Shown: positions 49,867 to 60,872, counted from the first letter of the stretch. The stretch is DNA of 64,000 nucleotides from a bacterium (GCA_965216635.1 OZ244188.1:128001-192000); one strand, 5' to 3'. A program made the numbers and translations. The notes: generated by a model from the letters alone, not told the origin.

Positions 49867-50418
49867 TTATTTTGATTCTTTAGGTTTTGGACTAGTTGGT
49901 TTAGAATCGCTTGATTTTTTACTAGTTGGTTTAGAATCGCTTGATTTTTTACTAGTTGGTTTTGTCGCACCCGCTGTTTTAGCAGAATCTGTTTTGACTA
50001 CTTTAGTTACTTTAGCCGTTTTTGCTTGCTCTGCTGCTTGTTTTTTTTTTCTATGGGATGGTTTTACAACTTTTGTGGTTTTATCATCTTCCAATAGATC
50101 CTTGCCGTTCACCAAAATTTTTTCAATTAAAAGAGTGGTCTTATATTGCCGATGCCCTTGTTTTTTTTTATAACCTTTTCTTCTTTTCTTTTTAAAAACA
50201 ACAATTTTTTTATCTCTACCTTGCTCTAATACTTTTGCTTGCACCACAGCCTTAGCTACAAAAGGAGTACCTAAAATCACTTTGCTTTCTTGTCTTAGTA
50301 AAAGGACTTGATCCAAAGGAAAAGTTTCGTCTTTTTTGTAGGGTAGCTTATCTACAGAAATACGATTTTGAGGTTTTACTTTCCATTGCTTGCCTGAAAT
50401 TTTTACGATTGCATACAT
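49867..50418 (-). CDS. rplU: 50S ribosomal protein L21 with Lys/Ser/Thr-rich C-terminal extension
   Basis: MYAIVKISGKQWKV and KQGHRQ; start moved to ATG 50418. Confidence 0.95.
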   Translation of the reverse strand: MYAIVKISGKQWKVKPQNRISVDKLPYKKDETFPLDQVLLLRQESKVILGTPFVAKAVVQAKVLEQGRDKKIVVFKKKRRKGYKKKQGHRQYKTTLLIEKILVNGKDLLEDDKTTKVVKPSHRKKKQAAEQAKTAKVTKVVKTDSAKTAGATKPTSKKSSDSKPTSKKSSDSKPTSPKPKESK

Positions 50419-50575
50419 AATATAAATAGTTAATATACTAATGAGATTAGAATTTTTTAAAACTTTTGTCAAACTTTTTAATATAATCTCTAGAAATTAT
50501 TTAATTTATCTTTTATTTAAGAAAAGAATGGAATTTTTTTTGCTTAATAGGTAGTTTATTGTTAACTTGAACTAA

Positions 50576-51880
50576 ATGATGAAAAAAATATATTTTCTTT
50601 TTGGGGCTCTTATTTTTTTTACTTTGAGTATTCATTCTACGCTAGCTTCTAGTAGGCTATATTATGAATTAGACCAGAGTATTTTACAATCTAATCTTGA
50701 AAAGAAACAAGCCTACCTATCTATTATTTTTGATTCTAAAATCAGAAATGAAAATATAGATAAAATCAGACTAAAAAAAGCTATTGCTACAAATTTAGCA
50801 GCCAACTACCGAGTTGCTAGTCCTATACAAACGCAGCAATTTTTTAAAAACCATTCTATTAGTCTGGATACATTGAGAAAGGATAAAAGTTTGTTGCAAC
50901 AATTTTTTTCAAAGACAAAAACGAATATTTTAGTTCATACAGCTTTGCAAGAAAAAGGTAATATTGTGGTTGCCGAATATAGAATTTTTGGGAAAAATAC
51001 TCACCAAATAGGAATAACAACGCAGTCTTTCCTTAAAACACAGTTTTATAAGCAGTCCCAGAATTCTGAACCGAAAATTCTGCCTAATCTATTGGTTTCT
51101 TCAGAAAATAATCTAGGCGGTCTCCTAGCCCAACAAAATTTAGAAGAGTTTTTTGAACAACCCACTAAGGCAATAGATAATTTTATAAACCAATCAGAAC
51201 CTGTTGCAGAAAATGGAAATTCTTGGTCTTTTTATTTACCTACCGCTTATTTTCCAGTAAGAACCCACAGCCTAGAAATCAATTTTGCTATAGAAGATTT
51301 GCGATTCGTAAAAATTCAAGGTGAATCTTATCGTTATCTTTTTGGTAATTCTCTTTTTGAGTTTTCTACGAATTTGCAAACCAGAAACTCTAGCCTTTAT
51401 CAAAGTTTTGTGGGTATTAAAGCGGGTATTTTTCAAAGAGATGACCTCCAATCTCCTTTTAGACTCGCACTGGGCGTGCGAACCCTCTTTCAAAAAAATG
51501 AATCATCAAGAAGTGATCCTTCAGAAGATACAAATAAGAAAGATGAAAGAAAAAAATTAAGAAGGCTATCTTTTTTTGCAGTGGCAAGTGGCAATATTTC
51601 CCCTCACAATATAATTTACAATATTTATTTGGATAACTATACTATTGGAGGAGGTATAAAATACAAATTGCCTCATAGAATTTTTCTATTTTTGGATAGC
51701 CGTTTGGATTATGAAAGCAAAGCCAAAGAATCTTTTTTAGCTCTAGGTTTTGAGCATTTTCCAGCGGATAGCGTTGGTTATACTTTGACTTATAAAACAG
51801 AAGAAAGAAAAATAGAAAATTCTAGCGATAAAAAAGAAAAAGTATCATTAGTAGTGTTTGGTATTAAAATTTCTTTTTAA
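50576..51880 (+). CDS. Exported, probably outer-membrane hypothetical protein
   Basis: Signal peptide; C-terminal amphipathic strands ending FGIKISF. Confidence 0.7.
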   Translation: MMKKIYFLFGALIFFTLSIHSTLASSRLYYELDQSILQSNLEKKQAYLSIIFDSKIRNENIDKIRLKKAIATNLAANYRVASPIQTQQFFKNHSISLDTLRKDKSLLQQFFSKTKTNILVHTALQEKGNIVVAEYRIFGKNTHQIGITTQSFLKTQFYKQSQNSEPKILPNLLVSSENNLGGLLAQQNLEEFFEQPTKAIDNFINQSEPVAENGNSWSFYLPTAYFPVRTHSLEINFAIEDLRFVKIQGESYRYLFGNSLFEFSTNLQTRNSSLYQSFVGIKAGIFQRDDLQSPFRLALGVRTLFQKNESSRSDPSEDTNKKDERKKLRRLSFFAVASGNISPHNIIYNIYLDNYTIGGGIKYKLPHRIFLFLDSRLDYESKAKESFLALGFEHFPADSVGYTLTYKTEERKIENSSDKKEKVSLVVFGIKISF

Positions 51881-52026
51881 GAAAAAATGAGTTGAGATAA
51901 ACATTCCTAAAAAGGAAGTTATACAAATATTCTTAGAACCAAATTTTGTAAATTAGCAGTATATCATTCTTCCTAAAGTTTTTGCTTTAATTATGTTTTT
52001 GTAGTAGTATAACCTTTTACTAATAA

Positions 52027-52089
52027 TATAGACCTTTGAATTTGTGTTCTGTGACGGCTAAACTAGATAAGCAAATTCAAAAGTCTATA
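52027..52089. mobile_element. Minimal MITE (63 bp)
   Basis: tatagacctttgaatttg...caaattcaaaagtctata, ending 5 bp before the ppiA ATG. Confidence 0.8.
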
Positions 52090-52094
52090 ATACA

Positions 52095-52673
52095 ATGAAA
52101 AAATTTATAATCAGTATGTCAATTTTATTCTCTCTTTTAGCTGCCAACGAGGCTATGGCTGACGAATTTCCTAAAGTGGAAATAAAAACCAATCAAGGTA
52201 TAATTGTTTTAGAACTCAACTCTAAATTAACTCCTGTTACTGCAGAAAATTTTTTGAAATATGTAGGATCTAATTTTTATGATGGCACTATTTTTCATCG
52301 TGTGATTGGAAATTTTATGATTCAGGGTGGTGGTTATACTCAAGATTTTAAAGAAAAACCAACACTTGATGCCATAGAAAACGAATCTCGTCAGGGATTC
52401 CAAGCTGGTTTAAAAAACGATAGAGGCACTATTGCAATGGCAAGAACAAATGATCCTCATTCAGCAACATCGCAGTTTTTTATTAATGTTGTAGATAATG
52501 ATTTTTTAAACTATAGCTCTTCTAATGCGGGTTACGCAGTTTTTGGAAAGGTTATAGAGGGTATGGATGTTGTAGATAAAATCAGACTTATTCCAACAGG
52601 TGCTGCTGGCTTTTTTCCAACCGATGTCCCACAAACACCAGTAGTTATTGAATCTGTGAAAGTTTTGCGTTAG
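52095..52673 (+). CDS. ppiA: Periplasmic cyclophilin-type peptidyl-prolyl isomerase
   Basis: [19 protein letters not shown] and SATSQFFIN; signal peptide. Confidence 0.92.
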   Translation: MKKFIISMSILFSLLAANEAMADEFPKVEIKTNQGIIVLELNSKLTPVTAENFLKYVGSNFYDGTIFHRVIGNFMIQGGGYTQDFKEKPTLDAIENESRQGFQAGLKNDRGTIAMARTNDPHSATSQFFINVVDNDFLNYSSSNAGYAVFGKVIEGMDVVDKIRLIPTGAAGFFPTDVPQTPVVIESVKVLR

Positions 52674-52767
52674 ATATGACGCCCTCCAGTAATCTCTTTA
52701 GAGATATTCATTATAGTATAGACTTCATCCTGTTACGTCTTAATTGGCTTTTTTTTATCATCAAACA

Positions 52768-54423
52768 ATGCAAACAAACGAAAAAAAAAAACTGATCCAA
52801 GAAGCTGCTTTTGTTCCTTTTTGGGTGTTGAATAGTCGTCAATTATGCGACCTTGAATTACTTCTTAGCGGTAGTTTTGCACCTATGAATAGTTTTTTAG
52901 GGCAAAAAGATTACGAATCTGTATTAGCTAAAATGCGAATGGCAGATAACTCACTTATGCCTATCCCTGTTACCTTAGATGTTTCTGAAAAATTTATTGA
53001 ACCGCTTTCTGTAGGAGAAAAAATTGCTTTACGAACATCGGATATGACTCCGTTAGCTATTTTAACCATTTCTGAAATATGGAAACCTGATTTTGAAAAA
53101 GAAGCTCAAGCAGTTTATGGAACTTGTGATCAAACACACCCTGGAGTAGATTATCTGATGAGTTCTACAAATCCTTTTTATATTAGTGGAGAAATTCAAA
53201 AAATTAGCCTACCTCAATACCCTGATTATAAAGCATTAAGATATACCCCAGAGACTTTAAAAGCCTTCTTCAAGGAGCAAAAATGGGAGCAGATAGTAGC
53301 CTTTCAGACTCGCAACCCAATGCACAGAGCACATGTAGAATTGACACAGTATGCAATGCAAAAAAGTAATGCAAAACTATTACTACACCCTGTCGTAGGA
53401 GTCACAAAACCCGGTGATATAGACTATTACACGAGAGTGAAATGCTACTTAGAAATTTTGAAATACTACCCTAAGGACAGTGCAAAATTAGCACTATTGC
53501 CTCTCGCTATGAGGATGGCAGGACCTCGCGAAGCAATTTGGCACGGTTTAATTCGTAAAAATTATGGCTGTAATCACTTTATTATAGGTAGAGACCACGC
53601 AGGACCAGGTGTAGATAAACAAGGAAAACCATTTTATGAGGAATACGAAGCACAAGAATTATTCCAAAAGCACGAAAAAGAATTAGGTATTAAAATGATA
53701 GCTATAGAAAAAATAGGTTATTCTCCTTCACAAAAAAAATATATTTTTCAAAAAGATTTTACCGAAGAAACAAAGTTTATTTCAGGGACTAAAATGAGAA
53801 AGATGCAAGAAGAAGGAGAACAAATTCCAGAATGGTTCACTTATTCAGAAGTAGCAAAACAACTACAAGAATCTTATCCTCCATTGAAAAAAAGAGGTTT
53901 TACTGTTTTTTTTACAGGGCTTTCTGGATCAGGTAAGTCTACACTCGCTCAAGCCTTAATCGTAAAGATTAGAGAAAAAACCTATCGTGGCATTACGCTA
54001 CTAGATGGAGATATTGTCCGCAGTAACCTTTCCAGTGAATTAGGATTTTCTAAAGAACATCGTTCTATTAATATACGGCGTATAGGTTTTGTTGCTAGTG
54101 AAATCACAAAAAACAACGGTGTTGCTATTTGTGCTCCCATTGCTCCTTATGCAGAAGATCGTCTTTTCAATCGTAAGTTGATTTCAGAAGTCGGGGGTTA
54201 TATTGAGGTTTATGTGAATACACCTTTTTCAGTTTGTGCAGAACGTGATGTAAAAGGATTTTATTTGCGGGCTAGTAAAAAGCTAACCAAAAATTTTACC
54301 GGTGTAGATGATCCTTATGAAGAGCCCCGAAATCCTGATATAGTAGTAACTACAACAGTAGATTCTGTTGAAAAAAGCACTCTATCTATTGTAAAAAAAA
54401 TTGAAGAATTAGGTTATATCTAA
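52768..54423 (+). CDS. sat: Bifunctional sulfate adenylyltransferase/adenylylsulfate kinase
   Basis: FQTRNPMHRAH and GRDHAG; C-terminal TGLSGSGKST and LDGD. Confidence 0.93.
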   Translation: MQTNEKKKLIQEAAFVPFWVLNSRQLCDLELLLSGSFAPMNSFLGQKDYESVLAKMRMADNSLMPIPVTLDVSEKFIEPLSVGEKIALRTSDMTPLAILTISEIWKPDFEKEAQAVYGTCDQTHPGVDYLMSSTNPFYISGEIQKISLPQYPDYKALRYTPETLKAFFKEQKWEQIVAFQTRNPMHRAHVELTQYAMQKSNAKLLLHPVVGVTKPGDIDYYTRVKCYLEILKYYPKDSAKLALLPLAMRMAGPREAIWHGLIRKNYGCNHFIIGRDHAGPGVDKQGKPFYEEYEAQELFQKHEKELGIKMIAIEKIGYSPSQKKYIFQKDFTEETKFISGTKMRKMQEEGEQIPEWFTYSEVAKQLQESYPPLKKRGFTVFFTGLSGSGKSTLAQALIVKIREKTYRGITLLDGDIVRSNLSSELGFSKEHRSINIRRIGFVASEITKNNGVAICAPIAPYAEDRLFNRKLISEVGGYIEVYVNTPFSVCAERDVKGFYLRASKKLTKNFTGVDDPYEEPRNPDIVVTTTVDSVEKSTLSIVKKIEELGYI

Positions 54424-54507
54424 AATAAAAAAATCAAATATGTTATTATTTTTTTATTGACAATTAGTAGTTATTCGTTTAGTGGTATTAGTTTAAGTTA
54501 TTTTAAT

Positions 54508-55746
54508 ATGAAAAAAATAAAAGTAGATAATCCCATTGTAGAATTAGACGGCGATGAAATGACCCGTGTCATTTGGAAATTCATTAAGGACAAACTGATT
54601 TTACCTTACTTGGATTTGCCGATTGAATATTTTGATTTGGGAATCCAAAACAGAGATGCTACTGAAGATAAAGTCACTCTCGCAGCAGCAGAAGCAATTA
54701 AAAAATACAATGTAGGTATTAAGTGTGCCACGATCACACCTGATGAAGCGAGAATAAAAGAGTTTGGCTTAAAAAAAAAATGGAATAGTCCTAATGGGAC
54801 AATTAGAAATACTATTGGAGGCACAGTATTTCGTGAACCTATTATTTGTAAAAATATCCCCCGTCTAGTTTCTAACTGGACAAAACCAATAGTGATTGGA
54901 AGACATGCTTTTGGAGATCAGTATAGAGCAAAAAGTATGTTAATACCGGGTAAAGGAAGTTTAAGTTTAGTATTTACTCCAGCCGATGGCTCCAAAACTC
55001 TGACCAGAGAAATTTTTGATTTTCCTTCCGAAGGAGTAGCAATGGGAATGTCTAACCTCAAAGATTCAATTCAAGGTTTTGCTAGAGCTTCTCTCAGCTA
55101 TGGACTGCAGAAAAAATGGCCCGTCTATTTTTCTACTAAAAACACTATTCTCAATATTTACGACGGTTATTTTAAAAACATTTTTAGTGAAATTTTTGAA
55201 GCAGAATTTAAAGAACTTTTTGAAAAAGCAGGCATTACCTACGAACATCGTTTGATTGATGATATGGTAGCTGCCGCTCTCAAATGGTCTGGAGGTTTTG
55301 TTTGGGCTTGTAAAAATTACGACGGGGATGTGCAATCTGATACTGTGGCGCAAGGTTTTGGTTCTTTAGGCTTGATGACTTCGGTATTATTGGCATCCGA
55401 TGGCAAAACTATGGAATCAGAAGCTGCTCACGGCACGGTCACCCGCCATTTTCGCTTGCACCAAAAAGGAGAAGAGACTAGCACAAACCCTATCGCAAGT
55501 ATTTTTGCTTGGACGAGAGGGCTTATTCATAGAGGCAAACTGGATTCCAATCAACCTTTAGTGGATTTTGCTGTGCAGTTGGAGAAAGTTTGTATAGCCA
55601 CAGTAGAAGCAGGTTTTATGACAAAAGATTTGGCTGTTAACATTAAAGGCGACAAGACACAAAGAAGCGATTATCTCAATACGCAAGAATTTTTAGATAA
55701 ATTGGATATAGAGCTTTCTCAAGGAGCTCAAAGCCATCATAACTAA
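54508..55746 (+). CDS. icd: NADP-dependent isocitrate dehydrogenase
   Basis: [25 protein letters not shown] and [10 protein letters not shown]. Confidence 0.96.
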   Translation: MKKIKVDNPIVELDGDEMTRVIWKFIKDKLILPYLDLPIEYFDLGIQNRDATEDKVTLAAAEAIKKYNVGIKCATITPDEARIKEFGLKKKWNSPNGTIRNTIGGTVFREPIICKNIPRLVSNWTKPIVIGRHAFGDQYRAKSMLIPGKGSLSLVFTPADGSKTLTREIFDFPSEGVAMGMSNLKDSIQGFARASLSYGLQKKWPVYFSTKNTILNIYDGYFKNIFSEIFEAEFKELFEKAGITYEHRLIDDMVAAALKWSGGFVWACKNYDGDVQSDTVAQGFGSLGLMTSVLLASDGKTMESEAAHGTVTRHFRLHQKGEETSTNPIASIFAWTRGLIHRGKLDSNQPLVDFAVQLEKVCIATVEAGFMTKDLAVNIKGDKTQRSDYLNTQEFLDKLDIELSQGAQSHHN

Positions 55747-55824
55747 TGCAAAGATTTCTTTCAAACTTTAGATTGAAAAAATCTTTGAATGGGCTATAGT
55801 TTTAGAAAATTATTAAAAAACAAA

Positions 55825-56334
55825 ATGGATATTAAAAATTTGGTGCTTTTTATTTTGAATAACTGCAAGCCTAATATGGGAGTAAAAAAGCTTAACAAAT
55901 TAGCTTTTTTGTTGGAGTTCACTTATATTTTTGATCATTTTGATGGTGATTTTAGTAAACATAAAAAGCTAACAAAAACTAATTTTGTAGCTTTACCCAT
56001 GGGTCCCGTGATTCAGGATTACAAAGAATTATTCCAAGGGATGAAAAAAGAAAAATTGATTGTGCAAAATACAAAAGCAGATATAGGTAAAATTGATTAT
56101 CTTCCGCTAGTCAATAGAGATTTTGAAATTGACGAGAATAAGAAAAATTTTTTGTTACGAGTTTTGGATAAATACAAAAATCTCTCCGCAGCACAATTAC
56201 AAAACTATACTCATTCTTTGGATAGTTACGGTATTACTATGTCAGAAAACAACAACAAACCCGGTAAAATTATAGATAAAGAGCTGGCTCATTTGGACGC
56301 TATTTTATCTTTAGAAAATCTGATGGACGATTAA
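55825..56334 (+). CDS. Panacea/SocA (DUF4065)-like antitoxin
   Basis: KKLNKLAF, F.ALPMGPV and LSAAQLQNYTH. Confidence 0.75.
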   Translation: MDIKNLVLFILNNCKPNMGVKKLNKLAFLLEFTYIFDHFDGDFSKHKKLTKTNFVALPMGPVIQDYKELFQGMKKEKLIVQNTKADIGKIDYLPLVNRDFEIDENKKNFLLRVLDKYKNLSAAQLQNYTHSLDSYGITMSENNNKPGKIIDKELAHLDAILSLENLMDD

Positions 56335-56339
56335 AATCT

Positions 56340-56618
56340 ATGCAGGTTATTCAGGTGATCTATGAACCAGATTTTGAAAAAAATTCTAAAAAAGAATTGC
56401 AAAAGAATTATTCTCAAGTAAAAAAAATTTTTGATAGAAAAGTCAATTTTCTTCTAAAGGAAGGACTTTTATACCCCTCTCTAAACACCAAAAAAACTGA
56501 ACCAAAATCAAGCAATATTTGGGAGTTTTACATCACAAGAAAAGAATATCGTTGTTTTTTTCGTTATGATAAGAAAGAAAAAACAACGACTAATATAAAA
56601 ATAGGCAAACACTTATAA
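56340..56618 (+). CDS. RelE/ParE-like toxin
   Basis: 92 aa, basic; YPSLNTKK, WEFYI..EYRCFF and terminal GKHL. Confidence 0.65.
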   Translation: MQVIQVIYEPDFEKNSKKELQKNYSQVKKIFDRKVNFLLKEGLLYPSLNTKKTEPKSSNIWEFYITRKEYRCFFRYDKKEKTTTNIKIGKHL

Positions 56619-56650
56619 TTTGAATCTGCATAACTTAAAACTGCATAACT

Positions 56651-59116
56651 ATGAAATTATCTTTAAACTGGTTAAAAGACTATGTTACTTTACCAGAAAT
56701 TACCGCTGAAGAACTACTAAGCAAGGTGTCTCTTAGTGTTTGTGAAATGGAAAGTTGCGTGGTTGTTGGAGATTGCTTAAAAAAAATTGTAGTAAGTGAA
56801 GTTTTGGAAATTAATCCGCACCCTAATGCAGATAGATTGACTTTGGTGAAAGTAAGCACAGGCAAAGAAATGTTTGAGGTGGTCTGCGGAGCAAAAAATT
56901 TTTCTGTAGGCGACAAAGTGCCTTACGCTCCTTTAGGCACTGCTCTCATAGATTTTACGGTGAAAAAAGCAAAAATCAGAGGGGTTGAGAGTTGCGGTGT
57001 GCTTTGTGCGGAAGATGAAATAGGCTTTGGAGAGGATCATAGCGGATTGATGCTTTTGGATAAAAAAGAAAAATTAGGAAAGCCATTAGCAGAAATTTAT
57101 CCCGATCAATTAGATACAATTTTGGATTTGGATAATAAGTCTATCAATCACCGACCTGATCTTTGGGGGCATTATGGCTTTGCGAGGGAGCTTTCGGTTT
57201 TGTTTGGGGTGTCTTTTAAGGAATTTTCACCAACTCAAAATATAAAAGGCAAGACGAAAAGCAATTTTTCCATTTCTGTAGAATGCAAAGATTTAGTTCC
57301 AAGATTTTCTGCTTTAGATATAGAAGGCTTACAGATATGCCCCAGTCCCGATTGGCTAAAATTTCGTCTGCATAGAGTAGGTTTGCGAGCAATTAGTAAT
57401 CTTGTAGATGTTACAAACTATGTGATGCTGGATTTAGGACAGCCGATGCATATTTTTGATAAAGAGCGGTTGAGTTCCTCCCAGCTAGTAGTTCGCAAAG
57501 CCAAAGCCAAAGAAAAGCTGACTACTCTAAAAGAAAAAGAAATAGAATTATGCGAGGAAGATATTTGCATTTCCGATGGCAAAAAACCTGTTTCTTTAGC
57601 GGGGGTTATGGGTGGTTTAAATAGTGGCATTCAAGAAAACACCAAAAATACTTTGCTAGAGGCTGCTTGCTGGGATGCAAGCACTATCCGTAAAACTGCA
57701 GCGAGAACGAAACAGCGCACCGATGCTAGTCAAAGGTTTGAAAAATCATTAGACCCAACACTTACTTCTTTGGGAATTTATAAAGCAGTAGAAATTTTAA
57801 AAATTTCTAATCCCAATTTAGAAATAAAAGGAGAATTGATAGATATAGCCTCACCTGAAATTACCCCCCAACCTCAAGAGCAAACAATAGAATTTCAACC
57901 GAAAGATTGCGATAGAATTTTAGGAGTAAGTGTGCCCAAAGAAAAAATGAAAGAAATTCTTTTAGGACTGGGTTTTAAGATTGAAGAAAAAAACGAAAGA
58001 TGGCGAGTCAAAGTGCCTAGCTGGAGAGCGACTAGGGATGTTGCTATTGCAGAAGATTTAATTGAAGAAATAGGGAGATTTTACGGATACGATAAAATTA
58101 AGGCAGAAGCACCAGTCTTTCCAGTTTTGCATCCAGAAATAAACCAACAAAGAAAACTGGAAAGAAAAGCAAAACAAATTTTAGTGGATAGGGGGTATTT
58201 TGAAACCTTTAGTTATCCTTTGAGTAGTGAAGAGAGAGAAAAGGAGTGGAGTATTCCTAATTTAAAACAAGGTAAGATGCTTATCAATCCGACATCAGAA
58301 GAAGAAACTAGAATGAGATTAAGTTTATTGCCTCAAGTCTGTGACGCAGTTTCTTTGAATACGAAGGAATATTCTCATTTTCGTTTTTTTGAATTGGGTA
58401 GGATTTATACTTGGGATGACGCTATTTCATCCACTCGGCAACCACAAGAAGAAAATATATTTTTTTGGGCTGCTTACGATGAAAAGATTAGCCTTGGTGA
58501 ACTTTTTGAATCAGTAAAAACAGACCTTTTTATTTGGCTTGCCAAACTATTGCAAAAATCTTGTGTTCTAAAACCGCTAGCCCAAAAACCACTAAAGGCA
58601 GAACAGACAAATCTAAAGGCAGAAAGTGATTTTCACCCTTACGCTAACGCAGAAATTTTAATTGAGCCAAAAAACTATTTAAATAAAAACTATTCGCAAA
58701 AAATAGGTAGAATTTTTTCTTTTACTCCCCTTAAAAGAAAGCAGCTCGGTTGGGATGGGAATGCAGTTTTTATAGAATTGAATTTTGATTTAGTCTTTCA
58801 AAGAGTGAAAAGAAGCTCACAGAATATGTTTGTAGAACCAAATAAGTATCCACCCGCGAAATTTGAAATATCTTTGGTTGTGCCTATCCGCACTTATTTC
58901 TCTGAATTGGAAGTGATCGCAAAAAAAATTGAAATACTAGAAAAAATAGAATTTCAATACGATTATTTTCTACCCGAACAGCCTGATAAAAAATCTGTTA
59001 CCTTAGCTATGACTTTTCGTTCTAAAGAGCAAACTGTGGATAGCGAGCGTTTAACCAAAATACAAGATTCCATAGTAGCTTCTTTTGAAGAGAAAGGTTT
59101 TATGCTCCGTCGTTAG
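56651..59116 (+). CDS. pheT: Phenylalanine--tRNA ligase beta subunit
   Basis: MKLSLNWLKDY, HPNADRL, VDVTNYVM and DLIEEIGRFYGY. Confidence 0.96.
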   Translation: MKLSLNWLKDYVTLPEITAEELLSKVSLSVCEMESCVVVGDCLKKIVVSEVLEINPHPNADRLTLVKVSTGKEMFEVVCGAKNFSVGDKVPYAPLGTALIDFTVKKAKIRGVESCGVLCAEDEIGFGEDHSGLMLLDKKEKLGKPLAEIYPDQLDTILDLDNKSINHRPDLWGHYGFARELSVLFGVSFKEFSPTQNIKGKTKSNFSISVECKDLVPRFSALDIEGLQICPSPDWLKFRLHRVGLRAISNLVDVTNYVMLDLGQPMHIFDKERLSSSQLVVRKAKAKEKLTTLKEKEIELCEEDICISDGKKPVSLAGVMGGLNSGIQENTKNTLLEAACWDASTIRKTAARTKQRTDASQRFEKSLDPTLTSLGIYKAVEILKISNPNLEIKGELIDIASPEITPQPQEQTIEFQPKDCDRILGVSVPKEKMKEILLGLGFKIEEKNERWRVKVPSWRATRDVAIAEDLIEEIGRFYGYDKIKAEAPVFPVLHPEINQQRKLERKAKQILVDRGYFETFSYPLSSEEREKEWSIPNLKQGKMLINPTSEEETRMRLSLLPQVCDAVSLNTKEYSHFRFFELGRIYTWDDAISSTRQPQEENIFFWAAYDEKISLGELFESVKTDLFIWLAKLLQKSCVLKPLAQKPLKAEQTNLKAESDFHPYANAEILIEPKNYLNKNYSQKIGRIFSFTPLKRKQLGWDGNAVFIELNFDLVFQRVKRSSQNMFVEPNKYPPAKFEISLVVPIRTYFSELEVIAKKIEILEKIEFQYDYFLPEQPDKKSVTLAMTFRSKEQTVDSERLTKIQDSIVASFEEKGFMLRR

Positions 59117-59288
59117 TTATTCTGGTGCCAATTATTTAGGTTGCCAATTATTTAGGTTGCCAGTAACAATAAAGGCATTATTCTAGTGCTAGTTATTGGA
59201 GTTTTTTTTGTAGATTTTGCCTGAATTTTGCAATAATCAGCTACAAGTTGTAATTTTTAACATTTTTAACAACCAACGAATACCAATT

Positions 59289-59609
59289 ATGGCAAAATAC
59301 ATTGTAAGATACGCACTCAAAAATAGAGACAGCGAAAACACAGATTTAGAAAAAATACTTCATAAAATATCTACTTCTTGCGAAAAAATTGCAAAGGCAA
59401 CCTTTGTGATTGATTCTGAGAAGACAGCTAGAAGAGTAATGGAAAGTCTCGCTTCGGAGATGAATATTAAAGACAACTTCATGGAGGAATTTTATACAGC
59501 GCTTCCAGCAGCACTTTATAATACTATTGGGGCAGATTCTGCTAATTACGCTACAGATAAAATCTTTATTGGAGAATTGAGAGGAAAGGCTGCGTGGTGT
59601 TGGAAGTAG
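59289..59609 (+). CDS. Hypothetical protein
   Basis: ORF with likely ATG at 59289 (MAKYIVRYAL). Confidence 0.55.
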   Translation: MAKYIVRYALKNRDSENTDLEKILHKISTSCEKIAKATFVIDSEKTARRVMESLASEMNIKDNFMEEFYTALPAALYNTIGADSANYATDKIFIGELRGKAAWCWK

Positions 59610-59652
59610 GTTTATTTTTTTAAACTCTTCAATTATCTCCCCAATAAAAAAA

Positions 59653-60672
59653 ATGGATTTCATCCAACAGATTCACAAAGCTGCACAAGGCACAAGCAAA
59701 AGGATTGTGTTACCTGAAACAAGCGATGAAAGGATTTTAAAAGCCGCTCACATAATTCAACAAAAAAATATTGCGGAAGTTTTGCTTTTAGGAGAAGCAG
59801 AAAATTTAAAGCAAAAATTTCAAAAACTTGGATTAGATAGTAGCGCTATAAAGTTTGTTTCTTTAGCAGAAAACAAAGAAAATTACGCTGATTTGATGCT
59901 AGAAATCAGAAAAGCCTATACTCAAAAAAAAACTCTCTTAAAATGCGAGGCGCTGAAGCAATTAGAAAATCCACTATATTATGGTTGCTTAATGGTAAAA
60001 AGCGGGGCAGCGGATGGTATGGTAGCAGGTGCTATCCATCCCACTGCAGATGTTCTGCGAGCTGCTTTGAGTTATATTAAATTTCCCTTCTCCTCCGAGC
60101 AAAACAGCAGTTTAGTTTCAGGTTTTTTTTTAGCAGTCTTGCCCCATAATCAATCAGAGGCAAATAATAGTCTCAGCCCTATTTTAGGTTTAGCAGATTG
60201 TGCTGTAAATCCTAACCCTAGCCCCCAACAACTCGCAGAGATTGCGATTAATTCTGCCTCTACTATGGAAAAACTTACCCAGCTAGAACCCAAAGTGGCG
60301 ATGCTTAGTTTTTCTACAAAAGGTAGTGCAACACACAAAATGGTAGAAAAAGTGAATGAAGCTACAAAAATAGCAAAAAAACTAGCCCCTTCTTTGGAGA
60401 TAGACGGAGAAATGCAGTTAGATGCAGCCTTGATAGAAGAGGTAGCCCAAAGCAAAGCACCGCAAAGTTCTGTCGCAGGATATGCGAATGTTTTGATTTT
60501 TCCAGACTTAAATTCTGGTAATATTGGGTATAAAATTATCCAAAGGCTGGGAAAAGCTCAAGTTATAGGACCCATTCTGCAGGGAATGGCAGCTCCAGTG
60601 AATGATCTTTCTCGCGGCTGTAGTATCAACGAAATTGTTAATCTTGTAGCTATTACTTCCCTACAAAGCTAA
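59653..60672 (+). CDS. pta: Phosphate acetyltransferase
   Basis: RIVLPE, DCAVNP, LSFSTKGSA, DGEMQLDAA and NDLSRGC. Confidence 0.95.
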   Translation: MDFIQQIHKAAQGTSKRIVLPETSDERILKAAHIIQQKNIAEVLLLGEAENLKQKFQKLGLDSSAIKFVSLAENKENYADLMLEIRKAYTQKKTLLKCEALKQLENPLYYGCLMVKSGAADGMVAGAIHPTADVLRAALSYIKFPFSSEQNSSLVSGFFLAVLPHNQSEANNSLSPILGLADCAVNPNPSPQQLAEIAINSASTMEKLTQLEPKVAMLSFSTKGSATHKMVEKVNEATKIAKKLAPSLEIDGEMQLDAALIEEVAQSKAPQSSVAGYANVLIFPDLNSGNIGYKIIQRLGKAQVIGPILQGMAAPVNDLSRGCSINEIVNLVAITSLQS

Positions 60673-60701
60673 CTGTAATTTGCTGAATTAGACATTCTAT
60701 T

Positions 60702-60770
60702 TATAGATTTTTGAATTTGCTTATCTAGTGTAGCCTATGCAGCGTTGAATTTTTTTTGTCTTGCCTAGCC
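60702..60770. repeat. Degenerate MITE remnant
   Basis: tatagatttttgaatttgc...tagcctatgcagcgttg...ttgcctagcc. Confidence 0.65.
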
Positions 60771-60872
60771 TTCCAATGCCTGATTTTATTTGTGGGAGGG
60801 GATGCAGTTTTTAGGTGGTTTTTGGTGGGGATACGGTTTTTTGATGGGTTTTGACGCGGAGGTATTTTATGT

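Noticed and set aside
55740..55790. Duplicated icd 3' end flanking the TA module
   Set aside because: Similarity to the icd tail is too weak to separate from chance
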